NCBI GenBank assembly: GCA_963575745.1
Contig: CAUYUJ010000073.1
Location: 62,001 to 118,708 of the forward strand
Length of the DNA: 56,708 bases
From: Prorocentrum cordatum
Taxonomy: Eukaryota
Direction: 5' to 3'
The notes below the pieces were generated by a model. That model ran no database searches. It was not told the DNA's origin and saw only the letters and a list, made by a program, of their open reading frames with translations. Shown here piece after piece: positions 47,141 through 56,708 of this stretch. Position 1 is the first letter of the stretch. Every line of letters begins with the position of its first letter. The position numbers and the translations under genes were made by a program.

Positions 47141-49219
47141 ATACGTCGCGTGTTTACATGTCTCAGGTCACCCAGAAGTTCCTAGGATGGGGTGGTAACG
47201 GGCCGCTTTCCGGCAGGGGAGGTGTAGGGCCGTCTTGAATTTTCAGCCTTGGAACGAGGAGCAATAACGAATGCCATTGGAATTGGCACTGGAAACGATG
47301 AGTAGAGGGTTGGATGCAGAGAACAGACAATTAAGCTTCGCAGACTTGTGGGCGCCAAGGGAACCGGCGGAGATATACACAGACATTTGTAAACATTCGG
47401 GCGTCTTGGGCCGATCTTTGGGTGTCTTGGGCCGATCTTTGGGTGTCTCGGGGCCCCCTTTGGCCGTCGTGGGGGCTTCTTTTTTCGCGTCGCACTCGCA
47501 GGACAGACACGGATCACTCTGCAGGAGCGCCCCAAAGGCTCGGGGAGGCCGAAATTCGTTTGGGGGGGGGGGCACCGTGTGCCGTTTTTCCGGGGTCCCC
47601 GGCCATGTAAAAAAATATAAATAGGAATATGTATATACACATACATACATACATACATACATACATACATACATACATACATACATACATACAAGACTGC
47701 ATTGGCGCTTCGCGCCATGTGCTTTGTCCTGGACCCTCCCCGGCAAAGCAATAAAGCATCGCTTGCTTTTGCGGGGGGTACCTCGAAGCCTGGACGGGCG
47801 ACCGGCTCATTTTTCTGATATCCTTGGTGCCTGCTGACACCGCGTTCGCCCGATGCGGTTGCACGCTTGTGCGCAGGAGCTGGGGGAATAATATTTTTTT
47901 CGCGCGTATTGCCTGTCTCTCTCGATCGAGGAACTGAAACCTCAAGCCTCAAGCGTGGAACCAAAATCGTCGGGTCAGTTCGATGTACCTCGTAGGAAAA
48001 CGCCGTCTGGGCGTTTGGGGAGCTCTTTTGGGCCGTCCTGGGGGACCCTTGGGCCGTCCCGGGGCCTTCTTGGGCCGTCTTGGGGAGCTGGGGCCCTCCA
48101 GAGGTCTATTGAAGCCATCTAAGGCCTCTTGGGGGCCTCCAATGTCCTTTTATGGGGATCTCCCACCCATGGCTTTCGTGGGTCTCTCTTGGGGGCCTTC
48201 TGGGGGCATCTTGGGCTTCTTGCGGGCAGTCTCGGGGCTCTCTGGGGCAGTCTTGGGGCCCTCTTGGGCCGTCTTCAAAGCCTCAAGGGGGGCCTCTTGG
48301 GCCGTTTTGGGGCGATATCGAGGGCCTATCGGGCCGCTTTGGACGCTGCAAAAACCCAAACAGCGGATATGCTAAATTTGCACATTTTCCCGAAGGAATG
48401 GGACGATGTTTGCTTTTTCGGGGTTCTCTTAACAGCCTCTTCTGGCGTCTTGGGGGCCTCTTGGGCGGTTTTCAAACCATCGAGGTTCCTCTTGGAGCGC
48501 TCTGGTGCTGTCTTGGGTCTCTCTTGCGCTTCTCCGATGACCCCTCTGATCGCTTCGAGTCTGCTCGCAAGGCCCAGCAAGGCGCCCTGAGAGGCCCGGA
48601 CGGGCCAGCGGACCTTTTCCAAGGGCGTCCAGGGGGCCGCTGAAACGTCCGAAAGGGTGTCCAGGGCGTCCCTGGGAGGGGGATCAAGTTTAGGGGGGGG
48701 GTCCGGGTAATAAAAATGTAAGAATAGGAATGTGTGTGTGTATATATATATATATGTATTCCTCTTCCTATATGTTTACAAGCCGGGGGGGGCATAAAAA
48801 AATTAACCCCAAGATCCGTGGCCCTGGGGGCCACTTGGAACCCCCTGCTGGAAGCCCCCCAGGCTTTCTGGAACTCTTGAAAGCCCCCGCTGGACCTAGG
48901 CAACGGGCTCAAATCGGTCAGGAGGGCCGCCGAACGGTCCCCCGAGGGCCCCAAGAGGCCCCAGACACCCAGCAGACACCCCAAGACGACCCAAAGAAGA
49001 CCCCCAAGAAGTTTTCAAAACGCGGAAAAACATTGATGCACATTGGTTTTCGCATGAGTTTGGGAATGCTCTGTTCCTCGGTCTTCCTGGCGTCCGAGAC
49101 CGCCCAGGAGGCCCGAAAGTCGCCCCACAATTGTCCGAAAGGGCTTCCAAGCAGTCCAGGAGAGCCCGAAGAGCACACCAGGATTCCAAGATGGCCCGAA
49201 GAGAGCCCCATGACGGCCC

Positions 49220-49238
49220 AAGATGGCCCCAAGACGCC
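49220..49238 (+). repeat. Target-site duplication of retrocopy 2 (partner 54564-54582)
   Basis: Identical AAGATGGCCCCAAGACGCC on both sides. Confidence 0.88.
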
Positions 49239-49260
49239 TCCGTAGCCATTTTGGCTCAAG
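49239..49260 (+). other. Perfect genomic DinoSL (5' end of retroposed mRNA)
   Basis: TCCGTAGCCATTTTGGCTCAAG is an exact 22/22 match, with the ATG 70 nt downstream at 49330. Confidence 0.97.
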
Positions 49261-49329
49261 CCATATATTGGTTTTGCGTTGCCCTTTGTTTTTACCTCGT
49301 ACACTCCGCAGATACTTCTCGCGCCCGTC

Positions 49330-52300
49330 ATGCCGTGGTCCACGCCCGTGAGCTTCAAGGAGGGTCTCCAGGCCATCCCTGGCAAGTGGTACATCAAGGA
49401 CATCGCTGACCCGATCGAGTTGCAAGTCGCGGGAGAGGAGGTCCGATCCAGGGAGCCGCGCTTCGGCGGCCAGCCGCTGATCGGCAAGCCTCGGGATACA
49501 GAGAAGTTCGAGATGGACGTCCAGATGGGCGGTTTTCCGATGATTGCCTACGTGACCACCCGGCAAGAGCAGCACTTGATTGAGTTCTCGAATGGGGGCA
49601 CTTGGTCGAAAGATTCTCCCCTGAAACAGGCAGCTGGCGACATGCCTGGCTCTCAGGGTATCCCCATGAGCGAGATCAATAAGCACAATACCAAAGACTC
49701 TGCTTGGGTGGTGCTGCACGGCAAGGTGTGCGATCTCACCAGCTTTCTTGCGGATCACCCCGGGGGCGAGCAGGTCGTGCTCGATTGGGCCGGGAGGGGC
49801 GCCACGAAGTTTTGGTCGGCGATCCACAAGAAAGACTGGTTTCAGAAGTATACGAAGCCCGAGTGGTGCTTGGGAGCGGTGGGGCTGGAGCCAGCGGCGC
49901 CCGTCAGCGAGGAGCTGAAGAAGGCGCAGGACGAACTCAGGGCCTTGAAGGCGGAGCTCGCACGGCTCACCGTGGCCCCCACGAAGCCTTCCCTGGGGCT
50001 GCAGGACGCCTTCGCGGCAACGAAGGCCGCGCAAACGAAGCCTGAGGCGACCAGCTTGCCCGCTGAGGTTGAAGCGTGCCCGCGACTGCAGCTCCACGGC
50101 AAGCGTGTCATCGTGATCGGCCACGGCCCAGTCGGCCATGATTTCATCGTGAAGCTCGTGGGCATGGTCGGCGATGGGGCTTTGGACATCACCGTGGTGG
50201 GCGAGGAGCCGCGCATGGCCTACGACCGCGTGCATCTTACGGAGTACTTCGAGCACCGCGACGCCTCAAAGCTCAGCATGCGCGACAGCAAGTGGTTCAC
50301 GGAGCACAAGGTTATTTGTAAAACCAACGTTCGAGCAGAGAAGATCGACCGCGATGGTTGTAGCGTTACTCTGCGCAACGTGAAGTCCAATGCCACAGAG
50401 GAGATGAACTACGATGCGTGCGTGATCTGCACAGGCTCCTACCCCTTCGTGCCGCCGTTGAAGGGCTTGAGCAGCGACGCCGTCGGCGCGTTTGTCTACC
50501 GTACGATCGAGGACCTCGAGGGGATGGTTTTGTTCGCGAAGAAGTCGACCAAGGCTGCTGTCATCGGCGGAGGCCTCCTGGGCTTAGAGGCCGCGAAGGC
50601 GGTCTACGACTTGGGACAGGCTACGCATGTGCTCGAGATGGCCCCGTACTTGATGCCGACGCAGCTGGACGAGGGAGGTGGCAAGGCCCTGGGGAAGAAG
50701 ATCGAAGACATGAATATCACAGTCCACACGAGCTCGCGCATAGCAGAAATCGTAGTTGAGAATGGCGTCTTGAAGGGCGCGCGGCTCAGCGACGCGAATC
50801 ACTCAGAGGAATACCTACTGGAGGTGGACATGTTCATCGTCAGCGCTGGCGTCCGCCCACGTGACGAGCTGGCCCGCAACAGTGGATTGGCTGTGGGCCA
50901 GCGCGGTGGCGTGGTGGTCAACGATCGCATGCAGAGCAGCGATCCTAAAGTCTCTGCGTTGGGCGAGGCGGCTTGCTACAAGGGTCTCTGCCACGGGCCG
51001 ATCGCTCCCGGCTGGGACCAGGCGTCTGTCTTGGCGAAGAATTTCGAATATGCGACGCGGGGCTTGAACTCAAAAAGAATAGCAGCCAAGAAAGACAACG
51101 TTGCTTCTCCCGAGCCACCGCTCTACCAGGGCAGTGACTTGTCCACCAAGCTTAAGTTGCTTGGCGTCGACGTGGCCTCCTTCGGGAGTTCGCTCGATTT
51201 CTGGTTCAAGCGGCAGTTCGGAGACGATGCCAAGAAGCTTGGACTTTCTTTCACCTTGCAGACAGACCCATTCAGCGGCCTGTATCGGAAACTTGTCTTT
51301 CACGAGGAAACCCAGAAGTTGATGGGTGGTCTCTTGATGGGCAACGAAGACTACTTCAGTCTACTTGGGCTCGCCAAGCAGGACAATTTGGGTAAGAAGG
51401 CACCAGTCGACCTGTTCATGGGAGGCAGTTCGGAAGAGAACGCGGAAGACTTGAGCGATGACGCCGTCGTCTGCTTTTGCCAGAAGGTCACGAAGAAGGA
51501 CATTGTCGACGCGGCGAAGGAGAAGGACTGCGTTACGATGGCTGACATCAAGCGCTGTACGACCGCGGGTTCTGGTTGTGGCGGCTGTGTCTTGAACACA
51601 GGCTTCGTGCCGAAGATTATGAAGTTGGCGTTGGAGGAGTGCGGCAAGAAGGCATTCACCGGCATCAGCCCCAGCTGCCCCTTCACGCGCCAGGAGCTGT
51701 TTGAGATTATCAAGGTGAAGGAGTTGAAGACCTACGAGGAGGTCGTCGAGACGTGCGCCAGGATGGGCAAGATTACGGAACTCCAGAAGGCGCTAGCGGG
51801 CGACGAGGTCTGCAAGCCGGTCGTCGCCTCCATATTGGCCTCCCTGCGGCAGGAAAACCCCACCAAGGATGGGCTCAAGCAGCTACAGGACACGAACGAC
51901 AGCTTCCTGGGCAACATCCAGCGCAGCGGGCAGTACTCCGTGATCCCCAGGGTGCCCGCTGGCGAGATCACGCCGGACGAGATGATTCTCATGGGCACCG
52001 TGGCCAAAAAGTACAACTTGTGGACCAGGGTGACGGGTGCCCAGCGCATCGGCCTCTTCGGTGCCAACATGTGGCAGCTGCCTTCCATTTGGGAGGAGCT
52101 CTGCTACGGGAAGACGTCCTTCATTTCTGCCGACGGCAAGGTTGCAGCGAAAGTCGACTGCGAGAGCATGGAGTCTGGGCACGCCTACGGGAAGGCCCTC
52201 CGCGCCGTGAAGACGTGCGTCGGGACCAGCTGGTGTCGCTTCGGCCAGCAGGACGCTGCGGGCATGGGTCACCGCGTCGAGCATCGGTACAAGGGCTTCC

Positions 52301-53279
52301 GGGCCCCGCACAAGTTTAAGATGGGCGTCTCTGGTTGCATGCGCGAGTGCGCAGAGGCCCAAGGCAAGGACATCGGCCTCGTGGCGACAACCACGGGCTA
52401 CAATTTGTATGTCGGCGGCAACCACGGAACCTCGCCGAAGCACGCTACGCTCTTCTTGCCAGACCTCTCAGACGACGATTGCATCAAGTACATCGACCGG
52501 ATCATGATGTACTACACCTTCACGGCGGACCCGCTCACGCGGACCTCGAAGTGGGTGGAGGGTTTGGAGGTGGCATCGAGCATTTGAAGGTGGTCGTTGT
52601 CGATGACAAGCTGGGCCTTTGTGAAGAGTTGGACAGGCGCATGCAGGCGCAGGTAGACACCTACGAGTGCGAGTGGAAGAGGGTTGTAGACACCCCTGAG
52701 TTGCGGAAGAAGTTCCGGCAATCCGCCAACGTTGACGACGTCAAGTACGGCGACCTCGAGTGGAGCACCCAGCGCAAGCAAAAAAAGATCGCCGTCGAGG
52801 ACAAGCCCACCGTGATCGGCCCAGCGAAGATCGGCAAGGACAAGGCCGACGACACGTGGCACTGGGTGGACGTCGGCTCGCCAGACGACTTCCCCAAAGG
52901 CGCGGGCTTCGCGGTCAAGGTGAGCAAATCGGAGCTCGCTGTGTTCAACCATGTGGCCATGGGCAAGTGGTACGCCACGCAGAATTCGTGCCCCCACAAG
53001 CAGCTCCAGGTGCTAGGCCGCGGCCTCATCGGCATGCACGGCGACGTCCCGAAGGTCGCCTGCCCAATCCACAAGAACACCTACAGCCTGGATACGGGCA
53101 AGGGCATCAGCAATGCGGGTCTGAACCTCGCCAGTTTCGATGCTAAGGTCGAGGGAGGCCGGGTGCTCGTCCACTTGCCCCCCGACGAGGTCCTGGACAA
53201 GGCCCTCGCCTCAGAGGACCCCGAGGGCAACTCTGGGTGCTCTGGCAGCTGCGAGATGCCCAAGGACTTGCAGTGGTGA
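49330..53279 (+). pseudogene. nirB: Cytochrome b5-fused NAD(P)H nitrite reductase (NirB-NirD fusion) retrogene, copy 2; one frameshift at ~52568
   Basis: Intronless. Motifs: b5 (KHNTKDSAWVVLHGKV..HPGG..H), FAD/NADH (VIGHGPVG, TGSYPFVPP, GGGLLGLEAA), BFD 2Fe-2S (CFC..CGGC), siroheme/4Fe-4S (CVGTSWCRFG, GCMRECAE), NirD Rieske (CPHK..CPIH), TGA at 53277. A single G is missing relative to copy 1, and several conserved residues are substituted. Confidence 0.9.
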
Positions 53280-53401
53280 GGAATGAGAACCTTGCGCGGC
53301 CACCTCCTAGTCTCGCTTGGAAGCCAGCAGCTTTCGCGACGTGTGTCTGCAAATGCGCTAGGACCATCCTCGATCTCGTTCGCTCGCTCACCTTTCTATT
53401 T

Positions 53402-53455
<54 letters not shown>

Positions 53456-54545
53456 CCGCGCACCCTTTCAACACTCTCGCTCCCATCGGGCTGTGTAGAC
53501 GCTGTGGAATTCGAGGTAGCCTTCAAAGTCGGGGGGACAGGGAGGACGGGCAGGGGGTGGAGCCACCCTCCACGTTTTATCCGGTTCTGGTCCCACTGCG
53601 CTGGAGGGCGATTTTGTGGTACAGCCGTGCAAAGGTGCTCGCGCGCGTCACCGCCTACGAGTTGATGAGCCTTGCATTGCTCGTTCTGATTATGATTATT
53701 TGTTTCACGTTGGCCGAGGTGGCACCGATGCCTCTCTGATCACCAGAGCCCGTCATCACGTTTGCACATTCGGTGCATTGTCTGGAGTGGACAGCTTGCG
53801 AGATGGAGTCTGGCACTGGCCGCTCTGGGTTTAGTCCTTGGACGCCCAGCCTTGCCCGTGTGGAACACAGCAAGTTGGGCGCTCTTATATTCCTGAAGCC
53901 CCCAGGTTCGGAGACCAAACAGTAGTGGCTCGCTCACTCTGATAGGAATTATGATTGAAAAGCGGCCGCTGGCAGGGGCTTTTGGAACACCTTCCCGGTA
54001 CATGCAATCAGGTTGTGTTGGCTCATCTTGTAAGAGGATGCCGCCGTGGAACTCGAGATAGCACTTCGCAGCTAGAACTGGACGGACGGTGGAGGGGTGG
54101 AGCCCCTTGGCTTGTTTCGCCCACATGCCGCTAAGTTGGTGGTTGTATTGCGCAGCTGTGCAATCCCAAGGGGAGTCTTGCCCCGCTCGCTCCTCTGTAT
54201 GTGCGTAGTTCCTGGATACTCACTTTCGCCCGTATCGAGTACAGCAGGTTTTGTTGTCCTTTGTTTTTCTGGCCATTGCGCCAGCACCCAGCACGGGAGG
54301 CCAGCAGAGTTGCAGCACGTCGCTCATATTTCGTACCACAAACGGGTTGGTGGCGGACGTCGGGGAGCTATTTCCCAGTTGTGGTGCTGGACTGGCTGTC
54401 TGGATGTAGTGGCTATACAGCGTTGCCCAGACATTGAACGGAATTCATGTTCAGTCTCTTGTCGGAGATGGACCCCTGAGCCGTGCGATGCTGATCCGTG
54501 CGGAGCGTGATTGTGGCTCGGACGAGTAGAGCTCAGCTGCGCTTG

Positions 54546-54563
54546 AACAAACAAACAAACAAA
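54546..54563 (+). other. Poly(A) remnant of retrocopy 2, converted to (AAAC)n
   Basis: AACAAACAAACAAACAAA directly before the 3' TSD. Confidence 0.75.
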
Positions 54564-56529
54564 AAGATGGCCCCAAGACGCCCCCGAAGCATTCCAAATC
54601 GTGACCCGGTCGTTCAGGGAGACCACGATTGGAAGCGGGATGGCCCGAGGAAGCCTCGAGAGGCCCCCAGATATGCCAAGGAGGCCTCCAGAAGGCCCCA
54701 AGGAGCTTTTAAAAACTTTCGTGAGGCCCCTAGAAGGCGTTTCAAGGAGGAAGGAGTCTTCGAAAAAAGAGCACAGGAGGATGGGACAAGAATTCGCAAG
54801 GTAGGGCGAGAATGGGGAAGAGGAAGAGGAGTCATGAGGGGAGGATCTCGAGTAAAATTATGAGAACGGTGATATCGGAAAATGCAACAAGGTGTTATCG
54901 CTAGATTGTCTGTTTTAATGTCCTGCCATTTTGCCTGCATGCCAAACTTCAAGGACCAAGGTGCGCGGCGCGAAGCGTCGATGCTGTCTTACAAACATAT
55001 ACAGATATCAATGTGTACAGACATGAATACATATATATATGTGTGTATGTGTATATGGAGGGTTTCGCCCTCTGCCTCCGCCCCCCTCCTCTTGCGATCG
55101 TTTGCATGGCAACGCTTGATTGGTTGGTCGGTGTTCGTGTCGGCTAGCTGGCTGAAAACTAGGTTGGTTGTCTTGTTGACGAAATTTGCGCGCGCCTGTA
55201 ATGATCAAGCAAGGGTGGTGGCTTCGAAAGCCCGCATCCTTCGTAAATTATCAGGCATTGTCGTCTCGGGTGCGCGCGTGCCATAATTTACGCGGAGTTG
55301 CGGCCTCGGGGGCGAGAGCGTGGTGTAGTTTACCATGGGTTGTGGCCCCTAGAGAGTGAATGCGTCTGAATGTACCCAGGGTTGTGGTCCCGCGAGCGCG
55401 AATGCGACGTAATTTAACAAGGGTTGGCCTCGGCAGCACGAGAAAAGCGTAATCTACCAGGGGGTTGTGCGCTCAGGAGCGCGAACGCGTCGTAATGTAC
55501 GAGGAGTTGTGGCCTCGGGATCCCGAACGCGTTTCAACTTACAATGGATTGCGGCATCGGGAGCGCGAACGCGTCGTAATCTACTAGGGGTTATAGCCTC
55601 GGGAGCGCGAGCTCGCGCTGTAATTTACAAGGGGCTGTGGCCTCGGGACTGCGAGCGCATTGTGCTGTCGGGCGCGCACCCCCGCCGTAGTTTGCGAGGG
55701 ATTGCGGCCGCTGGAGCGCGCGCGTCGCAATCTACTGCGGATCTGTGTTTCCTAGAGCATGCTGTAATTTTCAAGGGCCTGTGGCCCCAGGAGCCCGCAT
55801 ACGTCGCGTGTTTACATGTCTCAGGTCACCCAGAAGTTCCTAGGATGGGGTGGTAATGGGCCGCTTTCCGGCAGGGGAGGTGTAGGGCCGTCTTGAACTT
55901 CAGCCTTGGAACGAGGAACAATAACGAATGCCATTGGAATTGGCACTGGAAACGATGAGTAGAGGGTTGGATGCAGAGAACAGACAATTAAGCTTCGCAG
56001 ACTTGTGGGCGTCAAGGGAACCGGCGGAGATATACACAGACATTTGTAAACATTCGCCCGCAGAGTTCTGAAGTCGGCGTTGGCATTGGCCCTCCCTCCC
56101 CGCACCTCCTCTCTGCCTGGAGATGGGAAAGCTTGCCCCGGGAAGGGGGTCGAGAGTTCGGGGGGGGCCGTATTTCTCGGAGCTTGCCAGAAGGGCTCGT
56201 TGCACCTGGTCGGTTCGGCGCGCGTGGCCCAACGTCCCAGGAGCAGAGAGACAGAGGGCACAGGAGCGCCGCTTCCCCTCGCGCAGAACGGGCCTTCTTG
56301 AGCCGGACCTTGTTGCCGCTCCCGAGCCGCATCCCAGAGTGCACGGCGTCGGAGGGGATGGTTGCCCGAGGATGGCCAGGCTTTCTTCCGTCCAGCTGCG
56401 CTGCCGCGCGAGCCCGCCGCCGCGCTCGGGCGGGTGCGTGGGGGGTGGGGTGGGGGGCCCCGGCGGAGGCGCCAGGGGGAGGCACAGGGCCCAAGGAGGG
56501 CGCGGCCCAAGCTTCTGCGTTGTGGGGAG

Positions 56530-56700
56530 CCTGATGCTTGGGCTGTGGCCCCCCCAGCGCTGGCCCCCTATGCTCGGGCTTCTGCCCCTCATGCGCGCGC
56601 CCCTCATCCTGTGGCTGTGGCCCGCCGTGCGCTGACCCCTCATGCTGGGTATCTGGCCTCTCACGCGCTGACCTCTCACGCCAGGGCTTCGGCCCCTCAC
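56530..56700 (+). repeat. Degenerate minisatellite (GGCCCCTCATGC-like core), probably running off the window
   Basis: Recurrent (G/A)CCCCTCA(T/C)GC and GGGCT-TGGCC motifs. Confidence 0.5.
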
Positions 56701-56708
56701 GGATTGAT

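Larger units (their letters stand above)
38961..47398 (+). repeat. Tandem segmental duplication, unit 1 (~8.4 kb)
   Basis: Collinear with 47399-56055 from GGGCGTCTTGGGCCGATCTTTGGG to CATTTGTAAACATTC. Confidence 0.92.
47399..56055 (+). repeat. Tandem segmental duplication, unit 2 (~8.7 kb)
   Basis: Same order of repeats, SL, nitrite reductase, 3' region and 42-bp minisatellite. Similarity ends after GTAAACATTCG at ~56056. Confidence 0.92.

Noticed and set aside
49239..49300. SL RNA gene
   Set aside because: The SL is followed by CC and an mRNA leader, not the GT donor and short intron of an SL RNA gene.
50678..50823. 146-bp GT...AG intron present in copy 2 and spliced out of copy 1
   Set aside because: The segment encodes in-frame conserved NirB sequence, its loss frameshifts, and both copies come from one insertion. 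It is a genomic deletion between 8-bp repeats.
40423..52997. Long antisense and alternative-frame ORFs over the nitrite reductase copies
   Set aside because: Shadow ORFs expected from GC-rich codon usage; no independent motifs.
40837..53279. Bacterial contamination or fresh HGT of nirBD
   Set aside because: DinoSL, poly(A), TSD, fused architecture and embedding in host repeats show an origin from a dinoflagellate mRNA.
38961..56055. Tandem duplication produced directly by Helitron transposition
   Set aside because: Unit boundaries do not coincide with any candidate Helitron termini.

Overview
Eukaryotic, GC-rich, repeat-dense DNA from a dinoflagellate: two genomic copies of the 22-nt dinoflagellate spliced leader (DinoSL) are present. 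The first 31 kb is mostly GGA/CCT microsatellites, MITE-like and short dispersed repeats and satellites. It also holds an intronless ORF resembling the stalk of a DrpC/ARC5-type dynamin with no GTPase domain (~1.15-2.8 kb) and a few candidate coiled-coil micro-exons with AG|G acceptors and GC/GA donors. At 33-37.7 kb is a decayed minus-strand Helitron RepHel gene (zinc fingers, HUH Rep, PIF1 helicase, one intron-like insert). At 39-56 kb is an ~8.5-kb tandem duplication. Each unit carries a full-length retroposed mRNA (DinoSL, intronless CDS, poly(A) remnant, 19-bp target-site duplication) encoding an NAD(P)H nitrite reductase (NirB-NirD fusion) with an extra N-terminal domain and a cytochrome b5 domain. 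The retrocopy lies inside a non-autonomous Helitron-like element. Both nitrite reductase copies and the Helitron show strongly directional T->C/A->G decay, the reverse of normal pseudogene decay. All family assignments are from motif recognition by eye; no searches were run.
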